Shown here: in pieces, positions 20,478-31,050 of the stretch
How positions within the stretch are numbered: the first letter of the stretch is position 1
How the letters are laid out: each line of letters opens with the position of its first letter
Notes under the pieces: model-generated
What the model saw: only the letters and a program-made list of their open reading frames with translations
Database searches by the model: none
Told to the model about the DNA's origin: nothing
Program-made: the position numbers and the translations under genes
From: an uncultured Nitrospirales bacterium
GTDB taxonomy: Bacteria > Hydrogenedentota > Hydrogenedentia > Hydrogenedentales > CAITNO01
Assembly: GCA_964493075.1 (NCBI GenBank)
Contig: CAZBNU010000006.1
Span: 1 to 43,753, forward strand
Reading direction: 5' to 3'
Length of the DNA stretch: 43,753 bases

Positions 20478-21209
20478 TCAGGTTTCCTCGATCGATGCCG
20501 CGGGCTGGTTTTGGGGAAGGTTCCCCGGAAAATAAAGCAGGCGCCCGCAGTGCTGACAGGTATGAACCTTATCGTTGGCCATTATTTCGTTTACAACCTG
20601 CGGACGCACCGACATAAAGCAGCCGCCACACACTTCTTCGTTCAGCGGCACAACTGCAGGTGTGCGTGCTTTGCGGATGCGCTCATAGCGGTTGAGCAGA
20701 CCTTTATTCACTTTTTCTGCAATGGGTGGACGAGACTTAATCAGCGCCTTGCGTTCAGAGGTTAAAACATGCAGTTCTGCGTCAATCTTGGCACATGCTG
20801 CGTCTATGACCTTTAGTTCCCCCTGAATACGTTCCTTGTCTGCTGCCAGCGCTACCGTTGCCTCGTCATGTTCTATCATCAAAGCGAGAATACGTTCTTC
20901 TTTTACGGCTATCTGTTTTTTCAGCAACTCCATTTCATAAAGTAATGCCTTGTATTCTTCGTTTTTTCGGATGCTGTATAACTGGGCATCGTACTTTGCT
21001 ATTTGTGCCTGACGCTGTTCGATATCACCGGCGCATTCACGTTGTTCCAGTATCAGCCGTTTGCAGCGCTCTTCACTGTTTTTCATTTCCAAAGCAAGCC
21101 GATCGCGATGAATGGCGTATTTGTCTTTTTGTTTAGGCAATTCACGCTCGCTCTCTTTGAGCGAGGCAATCTTCATGTCCAGTTTCTGGAGTTCGAGTAG
21201 TTCTATCAA
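20478..21209 (-). CDS. Coiled-coil protein with C-terminal C4 zinc ribbon (COG1579-like)
   Basis: 243 aa with a TTG start; an alternative ATG lies 11 codons downstream. Long heptad-rich region, then CGGCFMSV...CQHCGRLLY. Confidence 0.75.
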   Translation of the reverse strand: MIELLELQKLDMKIASLKESERELPKQKDKYAIHRDRLALEMKNSEERCKRLILEQRECAGDIEQRQAQIAKYDAQLYSIRKNEEYKALLYEMELLKKQIAVKEERILALMIEHDEATVALAADKERIQGELKVIDAACAKIDAELHVLTSERKALIKSRPPIAEKVNKGLLNRYERIRKARTPAVVPLNEEVCGGCFMSVRPQVVNEIMANDKVHTCQHCGRLLYFPGNLPQNQPAASIEET

Positions 21210-21245
21210 AACTGAGGACCTTTATTTAAGTTGTAGGGTAATGGC

Positions 21246-21276
21246 AAAAAAAAACGCAGCCTCAAAAAAGGCTGCG
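21246..21276 (-). terminator. Orphan intrinsic terminator on the minus strand, 37 nt upstream of the Zn-ribbon/accD/folC operon start
   Basis: Read on the minus strand: CGCAGCC, loop TTTTTTGA, GGCTGCG, then nine consecutive T. No annotated minus-strand gene lies upstream of it. Confidence 0.7.
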
Positions 21277-21743
21277 GTCATTTGATACGCAGGGGCCAAC
21301 TGGCTGCTGAACGTGCGTGTCCGTGGCCAGCATACAGAGGAAGGCCACGTTTCTTTTGAAACGCTGGCGTTCGTCAATAGATTTTTAGAAAGAAGCATCA
21401 TGGTGACAAATAGTTTCACTGCATTGTTCTATGTAAATACCAACACGATAAGCACTGTCCTGTATAACGCCTATAGCACAAATCAGTTTTCAACTTTTCT
21501 TCAGTTCAACGATCACAATGCAGATTATAGCAGAAGTGGGCATGGCAAGCCAAATCGAGACAAATAGCATTGATATATGATAAATCAAAGTGGTATAGTA
21601 GGAATAACCGCATTGATGCTGTATGTTGCTGCCACTTAGTTGGCTACTTGTGGAAGTTGGTGTTAGTTTTAAGTATAGGTCATGCTGGAATGTTGCAATA
21701 CTTGTAGATTTTCAGCGACCAATAATTGATAAAGGATAATTGA

Positions 21744-22673
21744 ATGAACATTTTCAAGGACAACAGTTTTTCGATTGGCAGAACACCGTTAGTACGATTA
21801 AACACGCTGGCAAAGGATAGTTGCGCTAAACAGATTCTTGCGAAGATTGAAGGACGTAATCCTGCGTATTCCGTAAAATGCCGTATTGGCGCCAACATGG
21901 TCTGGGATGCCGAAAAGCGTGGCGTTTTGAAACCAGGCGGAACCATTATTGAACCCACTTCAGGCAACACAGGAATTGCGTTGGCCTATGTTTGTGCCGC
22001 AAGAGGTTACAAATTGATGCTTACCATGCCGGAGACGATGAGTTTGGAGCGTCGTGCCATGTTAAAGGCATTTGGCGCCGAATTGATTCTTACACCTGGA
22101 GAAAAGGGCATGCCCGGCGCGATTGCAGAAGCTGAGCGCATCGCGGAAGGACACCCGGAGTATTTTTTACCGCAACAATTTAAGAATCCAGCCAATCCGG
22201 AAATACATTTCAAAACAACAGGACCGGAGATTTGGCAGGATACAGATGGGGAAGTGGATGTTTTCGTAGCAGGTGTCGGCACAGGCGGCACCATCACCGG
22301 GGTGTCCCGCTTTTTGAAGCAAGAAAAGCACATGAATGTACAGACTGTCGCTGTGGAACCGGAAACATCCCCTGTTCTCAGTGGTGGTAAGGCAGGCAAA
22401 CACAAGATTCAGGGGATTGGCGCAGGTTTTATACCGGATGTTTTGGATATGTCTCTTGTGGATCGAGTGGAGCAAGTATCTGATGAAGAGGCCTTTGACA
22501 CTGCCAGACGTCTTGCTAAAGAAGAAGGCATTATCTGCGGTATCAGTTGTGGCGCTGCGGCAGCGGTGGCATTGCGTTTAGGCAAAAAAGAGGAATATGA
22601 GAATAAAACGATTGTTGTTATTTTACCGGATACCGGCGAGCGATATTTATCCACACCGTTGTTCCAATCATAG
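21744..22673 (+). CDS. cysK: Cysteine synthase A (O-acetylserine sulfhydrylase)
   Basis: 309 aa. PLP-lysine context NPAYSVKCR, plus [10 protein letters not shown] and GTGGTITG loops. Confidence 0.95.
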   Translation: MNIFKDNSFSIGRTPLVRLNTLAKDSCAKQILAKIEGRNPAYSVKCRIGANMVWDAEKRGVLKPGGTIIEPTSGNTGIALAYVCAARGYKLMLTMPETMSLERRAMLKAFGAELILTPGEKGMPGAIAEAERIAEGHPEYFLPQQFKNPANPEIHFKTTGPEIWQDTDGEVDVFVAGVGTGGTITGVSRFLKQEKHMNVQTVAVEPETSPVLSGGKAGKHKIQGIGAGFIPDVLDMSLVDRVEQVSDEEAFDTARRLAKEEGIICGISCGAAAAVALRLGKKEEYENKTIVVILPDTGERYLSTPLFQS

Positions 22674-22796
22674 TCAAGACAATAGTGAGATGATTAGGAA
22701 GTGATAGCGCAAAAAGAAGGGGATCGGTTTGTCATTATTGTAAAGTTTTTCAATTTTGTGAATAACCGTGTTCTTGTAAGATTCTTGTGCAGGTAG

Positions 22797-22826
22797 TTGA
22801 CAAGCATTTGGATAATCGCGTATAAT
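22797..22826 (+). promoter_or_regulatory. Strong sigma70-type promoter upstream of the response-regulator operon
   Basis: Consensus TTGACA (22797-22802), an 18-nt spacer, then consensus TATAAT (22821-22826). Confidence 0.6.
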
Positions 22827-22938
22827 TCATCTTAATATCTGTTCTGTTGGAAATTGTGAAGTTTGCGGTTTATTGCGCGTATGTATCTTGTTACAAAACT
22901 GTTAAAGACTTCGCAGAACTACTAAGGAAGGCGTACTG

Positions 22939-23520
22939 ATGGAAAGAGAAGCAAAGGCCTATACAACGTTTGAGGCAGCAAAAGTCTGTCACGTCACCCA
23001 TCATAGCATTAAGAATTGGATCAAGCAGGGGTTGATCAAAGCTTCCCGTACTCCCGGTGGTCATTACAGAATATTGGAACACGATTTGGATGCTTTCCGG
23101 GAGCAGTACGATATGTTTCCACGAGATAAAGTTATTGGAAATCGGCAGGTTATGATAGTGGACGATGATCCCGATGCCTTGGCGCTCATGGAAAGAATAC
23201 TGCTCGATGAGGGGTGCGAACTGATCAAGGTAAGTAACGCCACCGAGGTAGGCTTGAAGGCAGTACAGATGGCTCCCGATCTTATCCTGCTTGATTTCCT
23301 GATGCCGGAGATAAACGGATTTGAAGTGTGTCGTGCCTTGCGCACCAACGAAGCTACACGTTATATTCCAATTATGGCGGTGACGTGTTTGGACAAAGAA
23401 AATGATATTGAGAGGATATTTGCCTGTGGCGCGGACGATTACCTGCCCAAGCCTTTTAAGGTTGATCTATTTGTCAGTAAAGTCCGTGAATTGTTGACCA
23501 AAAAAGAAACCCGCGAATAG
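22939..23520 (+). CDS. Response regulator with an N-terminal MerR/excisionase-type HTH and a C-terminal receiver domain
   Basis: 193 aa. HTH: YTTFEAAKVCHVTHHSIKNWIKQGLIKASRTPGGHYR. REC: VMIVDDDPD, phospho-Asp context LILLDFLMPEINGFEV, and DYLPKPF. Confidence 0.85.
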   Translation: MEREAKAYTTFEAAKVCHVTHHSIKNWIKQGLIKASRTPGGHYRILEHDLDAFREQYDMFPRDKVIGNRQVMIVDDDPDALALMERILLDEGCELIKVSNATEVGLKAVQMAPDLILLDFLMPEINGFEVCRALRTNEATRYIPIMAVTCLDKENDIERIFACGADDYLPKPFKVDLFVSKVRELLTKKETRE

Positions 23521-23625
23521 TGAAATTTGCCCGGTTCAATGTCGTTTATCTGAAAATATCTATACAGATGACCAGTGTTCCAAAGGAGTTGGGGGATGCT
23601 GGTCATTTAGTTTTTGGGGATTAAC

Positions 23626-26600
23626 ATGGACAAAAAAACAAAACGATCCAGTATTGAAAAACGTTTTGTAATGTCCATTCTATGGGTGGGCGTTATTCCC
23701 ATGACCCTCGCCCTACTTATCGGCTACTTTGCGGCGCGGGAGGGACAGCAACTGTCCGTCCTCCAGAATCTCTCCACTGCGGCAAATAAAACGGTTGACG
23801 GCATCCGTTTGGCGGTGCGTGAGCGGGAACGAGTCATACAGCGTATTGCCCAAATGCCTGAAATCATGTCGGTATTGGGGGCACAGGATTCTGGTGAAAC
23901 TTTGCTTATAGAGGATGTCCTTTCTCTCTTTGAGAAGGAATCAGCGACCAGTAGCGTACTCAAGTCCATCTATTGTCTTTATGATCGTAATGGAGAGCCG
24001 CTTGCGGTCCAGGAAGGTCTTACCGCTCCTGTAATTTCCAACATCGCCAGGATTACCGGGCCACGCTTTGTTGATTTGCAGTACCTGCCAGAGCAAAACC
24101 GGTATGCGGCATTGCTGGTCACGCCCATAGTTGATCCCGAAAGCAAAGAAACAATCGGGTATTTGGCCGAGAGTCAGAATATTCATGAACTGCTTGCCTT
24201 TATGCTTGATAAAGAGGCTATTGCCAATCAAACCGAGTATGACCGGTATGAGGTGGTGGTATATGATGATGACACCCAATTTATTGTATATCTTGATGAG
24301 AATTCAGATATTACGCCACCGCCACCTTCCTTTGCTTCCATTCACCCCAGCCTGAAAGAACGACTGGCCCAGATGGAGGCCAAGGATCAGGATGCCTTCA
24401 TGCTTTGGAATTATACCTCCCGCGGCAAGGATGTCCCTGTACTAATCGCTTACAGAAAGCTTACTGCGGATTTGCCTATTTATATTGCAGTACATCGTCC
24501 TACGCCTCAGGTATTCACCATCATCAATCAGGCTGCTGTTATAACTGTGTTTGCCAGCGCATTGGTCATCATGATCTTTTGTGCGATTGGATACCGTATT
24601 GTTAACAACACGATTATACGGCCGGTATCCCTGCTGAATGAAGGCGCACAGATTATCAGGCAGGGTGATCTGGAACTGAAACTGAAGATTGAAACGGGAG
24701 ACGAAATAGAGGAATTGGCTTCTTCATTCAATCAGATGGCCTCAGCGCTTCGTGCAAACATACATCGCTTGCGTTCTTCTGAACAACGATACCGTAGTCT
24801 TGTGACATCCATGCGCGATGGTATTTTTCAGACAGGTGAAAACAATATTATCACCTTTATCAACCCTGCAGGCGCGGCAATCCTCGGATACGATCAAATC
24901 GGTGATGTACTCGGGCAGTCCCTGCATGATTTCTTTCTCAACGAAGAAGAGTTTGAACATGTCATTGGGGAAATTTCGGAACAGCCTTTTATCGAAAGTG
25001 TTCGGGTTTGGCTTAAAAAGAGTGATAATGAATCGGTCTGCGTGGAAATGTCCGGTATCCGGCTTTTTGGCGAGTGGGGCGAACTTACCGGCATTGATGG
25101 ATCTTTTCGGGATGTTACACGTAACGTGCGGCTTGAAAAGGAGGTCTCTGATCGGGCAGAACGTATGGTTGCAATCAACCAGATTGTAAACGTAGTTAAT
25201 TCGAGTATTGAGGCTGGTCGTGTATATGAAAATCTCACCAGAGAAGTGCGATGGCTGGTAAATTTTGACTACGCTGCAGTCTCCCTGTATATGGATGATG
25301 GTTCCTTTGAGACCAGGCAATTATGGCCTGAACCCCGTGAAGGGCGCGAGCAGTTTCCACGAATGGACGATATGGAAAGTTGTTCCGGATGGGTTTCCAA
25401 AGAAAAACGTTGTCTGCTCATTCCACTACTGGAGGATGACGCCAGTGAGTTTGCGCGTAATTTCCCCGAGGATATACGCAGTTGTCTTTGTGTGCCTCTT
25501 CATGCGGAAAATAAAATTATTGGTTCATTGAACTTTGGGTCTCGCAAAGAAGCCGGATTCTCAGAGATTGATGCGCGCATGCTTGAACAGATGTCGCCTC
25601 ACCTGGCTGCCGCCATTCGCAATGGTAAACTTCTTGAAGACTTGACGCGAACGCTGGAAGAAGCTACGCAGGCACGGGAGAAACTTCATGCAGCCAACGA
25701 AGAACTCAAGTCGCTTGATGAAATGAAAACCAACCTTCTGTCTAATGTTTCCCATGAACTACGCACACCGCTGGTTGCGGTCATGGGATACACAGACATG
25801 GTACTCAATGGCAAAGCCGGGCCGACCACTGAAACGCAGCGTGAGTATTTGCAAATTACGTTGCGCAATGTGGAAAAGCTCGTCTCTCTCATCGAAAATC
25901 TTCTGGACTTTTCACGTCTTCATAAAGGGACAGAAGAAATGGTATTCACCCGCTTTAATCTAGTTGATTGTATTCATGCCAGCATGCAAAGCGTCAAGCC
26001 TGTTGCAGATGGTCGAAAAATTGAACTGCTTCTGTCCATTGTTAATGCTGATAATGAAGAAGGCGCGGCGTCACTGATAGTGGAAGGTGACAAGGGAAAA
26101 CTGGGTCAGGTATTTAACAACCTGCTGGCAAATGCCGTAAAATTTAACAAGAATGGCGGCAAGGTTTCTGTAACCATTGAAGTACGAAAAGATGCCGCCC
26201 ATATAGCAGTCAGTGATACGGGTATTGGAATTGAAGAGAATGATCTCGATAAGGTGTTTGCCAGGTTCTATCAGTGTGATGCATCTTCTACAAGGAAGTA
26301 TGGCGGCACAGGAATAGGATTGGCAATCGCACAGGATATTATACGACTTCATGGGAGCCGTATTACGGTGACCAGTAAGGTGGGGGAGGGTTCCACATTC
26401 AGGTTCACATTGCCTTTGTATATGCCTTCCGACATACCCGGCGTGGCCCCTGATACGTCCGTTTTACCCGTTGAAACTCGGTTGCTTGTAGAGGTGGTAT
26501 CCAGGGATAAAGCCTTGAGTGCACAAATACGAAATTTTCTGCAATCGGAAGGCATGGATATTATCCATGCGCTGTCTGCTGAAACTGCATTGATGATGAT

Positions 26601-27240
26601 ACATAAGTATAATCCTGATTGTATTCTCGTAGATACCGAAATGGATGCTTCTGCCAGCCCTGTGCTTGATGCTATTGTGGAAAGTTCATCTGAGATTGAT
26701 TCAGCCATAATCATGATTACCGATGACGACACGCTATATAGGAAATATGAAGGACATGTCGTTGCGCATGTCAAACGTAGTTTTCGTAAGAGCACGTTGC
26801 TAAGTGGCATACATCTCGCACTTAGCCATGGAGCGCCAAAGGATCGTCAACTTGGCAAAAAAATACTGTGTGTTGATGATGATGAAGAAATTGGGATATT
26901 CATTGCAAGATGTTTGGAAAATGAGGGATATGAAACCGAGTATTGTTCCACAGGCGAACGTGCTCTCGCCCTTGCTGCAACCCGGGAGTACTGGCTTGTT
27001 CTTCTTGATGTTGCCATTCCGGATATGGATGGCTGGACAGTCTGCCGCAATTTGAAAAACAATGCTGATCTGGCGGGCATTAAGGTATACATTGTCACGG
27101 CAAAATCCGTGGAGAACGAAGCCCATGAAATTCGTGACAGCGAAGCCGATGGATATCTGTTGAAGCCGTTCAAGGCCGACGATATTATTTCAGTTGTTCG
27201 TGCCTTTGATGCACAATCGGGGTATTCCCGGTTTATTTGA
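23626..27240 (+). CDS. Hybrid sensor histidine kinase: TM, ~270-aa extracytoplasmic sensor, TM, HAMP, PAS, GAF, HisKA, HATPase_c, degenerate receiver, canonical receiver
   Basis: H-box SHELRTPL. N, G1 and G2 boxes NNLLANAVKFN, DTGIGI and GGTGIGLAIA. HAMP (GDEIEELASSFNQMA). Final REC has VDDDEE, LLDVAIPDMDG and LLKPF. The preceding REC-like block lacks the DD acidic pair. ATG at 23626. Confidence 0.9.
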   Translation: MDKKTKRSSIEKRFVMSILWVGVIPMTLALLIGYFAAREGQQLSVLQNLSTAANKTVDGIRLAVRERERVIQRIAQMPEIMSVLGAQDSGETLLIEDVLSLFEKESATSSVLKSIYCLYDRNGEPLAVQEGLTAPVISNIARITGPRFVDLQYLPEQNRYAALLVTPIVDPESKETIGYLAESQNIHELLAFMLDKEAIANQTEYDRYEVVVYDDDTQFIVYLDENSDITPPPPSFASIHPSLKERLAQMEAKDQDAFMLWNYTSRGKDVPVLIAYRKLTADLPIYIAVHRPTPQVFTIINQAAVITVFASALVIMIFCAIGYRIVNNTIIRPVSLLNEGAQIIRQGDLELKLKIETGDEIEELASSFNQMASALRANIHRLRSSEQRYRSLVTSMRDGIFQTGENNIITFINPAGAAILGYDQIGDVLGQSLHDFFLNEEEFEHVIGEISEQPFIESVRVWLKKSDNESVCVEMSGIRLFGEWGELTGIDGSFRDVTRNVRLEKEVSDRAERMVAINQIVNVVNSSIEAGRVYENLTREVRWLVNFDYAAVSLYMDDGSFETRQLWPEPREGREQFPRMDDMESCSGWVSKEKRCLLIPLLEDDASEFARNFPEDIRSCLCVPLHAENKIIGSLNFGSRKEAGFSEIDARMLEQMSPHLAAAIRNGKLLEDLTRTLEEATQAREKLHAANEELKSLDEMKTNLLSNVSHELRTPLVAVMGYTDMVLNGKAGPTTETQREYLQITLRNVEKLVSLIENLLDFSRLHKGTEEMVFTRFNLVDCIHASMQSVKPVADGRKIELLLSIVNADNEEGAASLIVEGDKGKLGQVFNNLLANAVKFNKNGGKVSVTIEVRKDAAHIAVSDTGIGIEENDLDKVFARFYQCDASSTRKYGGTGIGLAIAQDIIRLHGSRITVTSKVGEGSTFRFTLPLYMPSDIPGVAPDTSVLPVETRLLVEVVSRDKALSAQIRNFLQSEGMDIIHALSAETALMMIHKYNPDCILVDTEMDASASPVLDAIVESSSEIDSAIIMITDDDTLYRKYEGHVVAHVKRSFRKSTLLSGIHLALSHGAPKDRQLGKKILCVDDDEEIGIFIARCLENEGYETEYCSTGERALALAATREYWLVLLDVAIPDMDGWTVCRNLKNNADLAGIKVYIVTAKSVENEAHEIRDSEADGYLLKPFKADDIISVVRAFDAQSGYSRFI

Positions 27241-27249
27241 TCCTGCGAT

Positions 27250-27280
27250 GGTTCTGGTTTGTATTCAGAACCGTATTTGG
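27250..27280 (+). terminator. Weak hairpin after the kinase gene (possible partial terminator)
   Basis: GGTTCTG (27250-27256) pairs with CAGAACC (27266-27272) across a 9-nt loop. The tail GTATTTGG has only a short T tract. Confidence 0.25.
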
Positions 27281-27334
27281 GCTATAAACAGGGATTATTT
27301 TCTTACGATGTTTTCCTGACTGCGAAAGTTCCGA

Positions 27335-29158
27335 ATGTCTACGAATAACAGTCTTTTTGATACGTACAAATTTCCAGAGGTAAAAAGGAAAAAGCCCTTC
27401 CTTACGCTTTGGCGGTTCAACCTGCCCTACGTGCGCCGTTACCTGGCGGGCGCTTTGTTGGCGTTGTTTTTCGTGGTTATAAACCTTGTCTTTCCGCTGG
27501 TGGTACGCGCTATTGTTTTTGGATTTTCAGAACAACAACTCACCTACAGCCGTCTGGCGTTCTATTTCAGCGTTTTGCTGGCTACAGCGCTTGGTGCCGG
27601 AATTGCCCGTTATTACCAGAGAACGCTAATGATCGGCGCATCACGCATGTTTGAGTATGACCTGCGAAACGCCTATTTTCACCGTATCCTTACCCTGTCG
27701 TCCCGCTTTTTCCATCGTATGCCTACGGGGGACATTATGGCGCGTGCCACCAGTGACATCAATCATGTCCGTGATTTTATCGGACCGGGGATCATGGGGA
27801 CGGTGGATATGCTTGTCATTCCTTTCACGCTTTCCATGATGCTTTATCTCAGTCCGGCCCTTACAGTCTATGCGCTGTTGCCGTTGCCCGCTCTCACCAT
27901 ACTTGTGTATTTCTTCATCCGTTTTATGAACCGACAGTCGCAGATTGTGCAAGAAATATTTTCAACCATTTCTGACCGTGCCCAGGAAAATCTCACAGGG
28001 GCACGGGTTGTTCGTGCTTATGCCATTGAAGACCGGGAATTGAAGGCTTTTGAGGAGGTCTCGCAAAAGTATAAGCATGCAAATATCGTACTAGCTACGG
28101 TTATGTCCTTTACCTGGCCGCTTATTGATCTGCTTATAGGTATTGCCATACTGGTCATTATTTTTCAGGGCGGGCGCATGGTTATCGCTGGCACGCTGGC
28201 GCTGGGTGATTTCACAGCCTTCATGGTGGTGACCAGCATGCTTGCCTGGCCGCTGGTACAATTTGGGTGGGTATTAACCCTTTATCAGCGGGGATCGGTG
28301 AGCATGAACCGCATCAGTGAGGTGCTCAACACGCCTGTGGAAATAGAGGACAACGACAGTACTGTTCACGAAGCGCGTATCGAACAAGGACACATACGCT
28401 TCGAAAACGTGTGCTTCCGGTACGGCAACGAACACTCACAGCAGGAGGAGAATGCCTCATGGACACTGGAAGGCATTGACTTTGAAGTTAAGGCAGGGGA
28501 GACGCTGGCCATCGTCGGGCAGACCGGATCAGGAAAATCGACCATCATCTCGTTGTTGTGTCGCCTCTATGATCCGGATCAGGGTCATATTTATATTGAT
28601 GGCCGAGAACTGCGACACTATCCGCTGCAGGCCTTGCGTTCCGCGATCGGGTGTGCGCCGCAGGATAGTTTTGTGTTTTCGGACAGCATCCGCGAGAACA
28701 TACGCATGGCAAAGCCTGATATTGACGATACCGCCATTCAACATGCCTGTGAGGTAGCCTGTTTAGCGGGTGACATCGCTGAAATGCCAGACGGTCTGGA
28801 TACGCTTCTCGGAGAACGGGGCATCAATCTGTCAGGTGGTCAAAAACAGCGGCTTATGTTGGCAAGGGCTCTTGCCCGCGACCCGGTGGTGTTGATTCTG
28901 GATGATACGCTGTCAAGCGTGGATGCCGATACAGAACAGGCCATATTGCATGAATTGCGGCGTGTGCTGGTTGCCCGCACCAGTATCATCATATCGCATC
29001 GTGTTTCTGCCATTGCCCACGCTGACCAGATTATTGTTCTGGAACAGGGCCGTATTGTGGAACGGGGACAGCATGAGGAACTGATAAGCCGTAACGGCTT
29101 ATACAAACGCATGTATAAACGCCAAATGCTTGAAGCGAAACTGGACAAAGATGAATGA
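27335..29158 (+). CDS. ABC exporter, fused permease/ATPase (MdlA/MsbA-like half transporter)
   Basis: 607 aa. Six N-terminal TM helices, Walker A GQTGSGKST, signature LSGGQKQRL, Walker B VLILDDTLSSVD. Confidence 0.9.
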   Translation: MSTNNSLFDTYKFPEVKRKKPFLTLWRFNLPYVRRYLAGALLALFFVVINLVFPLVVRAIVFGFSEQQLTYSRLAFYFSVLLATALGAGIARYYQRTLMIGASRMFEYDLRNAYFHRILTLSSRFFHRMPTGDIMARATSDINHVRDFIGPGIMGTVDMLVIPFTLSMMLYLSPALTVYALLPLPALTILVYFFIRFMNRQSQIVQEIFSTISDRAQENLTGARVVRAYAIEDRELKAFEEVSQKYKHANIVLATVMSFTWPLIDLLIGIAILVIIFQGGRMVIAGTLALGDFTAFMVVTSMLAWPLVQFGWVLTLYQRGSVSMNRISEVLNTPVEIEDNDSTVHEARIEQGHIRFENVCFRYGNEHSQQEENASWTLEGIDFEVKAGETLAIVGQTGSGKSTIISLLCRLYDPDQGHIYIDGRELRHYPLQALRSAIGCAPQDSFVFSDSIRENIRMAKPDIDDTAIQHACEVACLAGDIAEMPDGLDTLLGERGINLSGGQKQRLMLARALARDPVVLILDDTLSSVDADTEQAILHELRRVLVARTSIIISHRVSAIAHADQIIVLEQGRIVERGQHEELISRNGLYKRMYKRQMLEAKLDKDE

Positions 29159-31019
29159 CGGCTACCACATAAACGATGAATTGCAGCAACGTTCCTATGA
29201 TGGAAGGTTAATGCGCCGGTTGCTGGGTTATACCCGTCCCTATCGGCGCGGGTTCATTGTGGCCACGGTTCTTTTGCTACTTCTATCCGTGCTAAATAAC
29301 ATTACACCATTGCTTATCATGCGGGCGGTGGACCGCTACATCAACAATCCTGCCCGTGTTCTTTTGGAAGGGGATACTGCAGAGACTGCTGAAATGGTGC
29401 AGGCCGATATGCACGGGTTGCTGCTGGTGGTAGCCGCGCTGGCTTTACTGCTGTTTGCCCAGGCATTGGTGCGCTATTTTCAGGTCTTTATGGTGAACGT
29501 TATTGGCCAGAAATGTATGTACGATATGCGTCTTGAAGTGTTCAATCACTTGCAAAAGCAATCATTATCTTTCATAGACCGCAATCCCGTGGGGCGTCTC
29601 TTAAACCGTATCACCAATGACATAGAAAAGATTCAACAAACCATCGTAGGTGGTGTCGTGGCTGTTATCAGCGATCTGCTCACCATTGTGGTAGTGCTTT
29701 TGGTTATGCTCTACGTGAATTGGCAGTTGGCCCTTATCGCGCTCAGTCCAGTCCCCTTTATTCTGGGGACGAGCATCGTATTTCGTAAGTACGCACAACA
29801 TTCTTTTCTGGAAGTGCGTCGGAAGATAGCCCGTATTACTGCTTGGATGCAGGAACACATCAGCGGCATCAGCATTGTGCAATTGTTTGGCAGGGAGTCC
29901 CATGCGTTTAAGGAATTTGAAGCACGTAATGCGGATCACCGCGATGAATGGCTACAGCAGGTGCGCAATTTCGCCTTGTATTTTCCGGCGGTAGAGTTTT
30001 TGAGCACCTTGTCAACGGCGCTGATCATGTTGTACTGTGGTTCCATGTTCATTGTTACCGGCGAAGCAAAAACCGGTTTTGCTTCTGTGGGCACCATCTT
30101 CGCCTTTATTCTTCTGTCCGACCGTTTCTTCGGCCCCATACGCGCTCTGGCGGACCGCTATAACCTGCTGCTGGAAGCCATGGCGGCCTCGGAGCGGGTT
30201 TTCAAACTCCTGGACACAGAACCAGAAATACAGGACGTGCCAGACGCTGTGTCCACGCTACGATTTGAAGGTCGGATTATACTCGACAAGGTATGGTTTG
30301 CCTATGACAGTCCAGATGAAAAAGAGAAAAGCGAGCAACGCTGGATATTGCAGGACATTTCCCTGGAAATACAGCCCGGCGAACATGTAGCGGTTGTCGG
30401 CCATACCGGAGCGGGTAAGAGCACCCTTTTGAATCTTCTGTCCCGGTTCTACGATGTGCAACAGGGCAACATCATTATTGATGAACGTAATATTCGGGAT
30501 TACCAACTCCGGTCGTTGCGAAAACAGATAGGCGTAGTGTTACAGGAACCGTTCCTCTTTTCTGGTACCATCGAATCCAACATTCGACTGGGTAATATGG
30601 ACCTTGGCATGGAACGAATCCGTGAATGTGCTTCCTATGTCAATGCCGACAAATTTATTGAACACCTGCCTGGCGCCTACCAGTATCATGTGGGTGAACG
30701 AGGGTGTAATCTGTCTACCGGACAGCGGCAACTCATCGCATTTGCCCGCGCCATTGCACACGACCCTGCAGTACTCGCTCTTGACGAAGCCACCTCAAGC
30801 GTGGATTCCGAAACAGAACACCTCATACAGGAAGCTATCGAAAAACTGTTGCGAAGCCGCACCAGCATCGTCATCGCACACCGGCTTTCCACCATCCGCA
30901 ATGCCGACCGCATTATCGTAATGCACCATGGACGCATCCGCGAAACAGGCACCCACGAAGAACTCCTGAAGCAAGATGGGCTGTACAAAACGCTTTATGA
31001 ATTGCAGTATTGTGATTAG
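29151..31019 (+). CDS. ABC exporter, fused permease/ATPase (MdlB-like partner half transporter)
   Basis: The ATG at 29151 overlaps the upstream stop by 8 nt. Walker A GHTGAGKST, signature LSTGQRQLI, Walker B VLALDEATSSVD. Confidence 0.9.
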   Translation: MNDGYHINDELQQRSYDGRLMRRLLGYTRPYRRGFIVATVLLLLLSVLNNITPLLIMRAVDRYINNPARVLLEGDTAETAEMVQADMHGLLLVVAALALLLFAQALVRYFQVFMVNVIGQKCMYDMRLEVFNHLQKQSLSFIDRNPVGRLLNRITNDIEKIQQTIVGGVVAVISDLLTIVVVLLVMLYVNWQLALIALSPVPFILGTSIVFRKYAQHSFLEVRRKIARITAWMQEHISGISIVQLFGRESHAFKEFEARNADHRDEWLQQVRNFALYFPAVEFLSTLSTALIMLYCGSMFIVTGEAKTGFASVGTIFAFILLSDRFFGPIRALADRYNLLLEAMAASERVFKLLDTEPEIQDVPDAVSTLRFEGRIILDKVWFAYDSPDEKEKSEQRWILQDISLEIQPGEHVAVVGHTGAGKSTLLNLLSRFYDVQQGNIIIDERNIRDYQLRSLRKQIGVVLQEPFLFSGTIESNIRLGNMDLGMERIRECASYVNADKFIEHLPGAYQYHVGERGCNLSTGQRQLIAFARAIAHDPAVLALDEATSSVDSETEHLIQEAIEKLLRSRTSIVIAHRLSTIRNADRIIVMHHGRIRETGTHEELLKQDGLYKTLYELQYCD

Positions 31020-31050
31020 GGGGTGGTCTAGTAGCAAGTACAGCAAAGAT

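Noticed and set aside
21222-21419. 65-aa minus-strand ORF in the accD-operon upstream region
   Set aside because: It reads through the intrinsic terminator stem and T-run, has no RBS, and its composition is implausible. The region is better explained as non-coding leader or sRNA.
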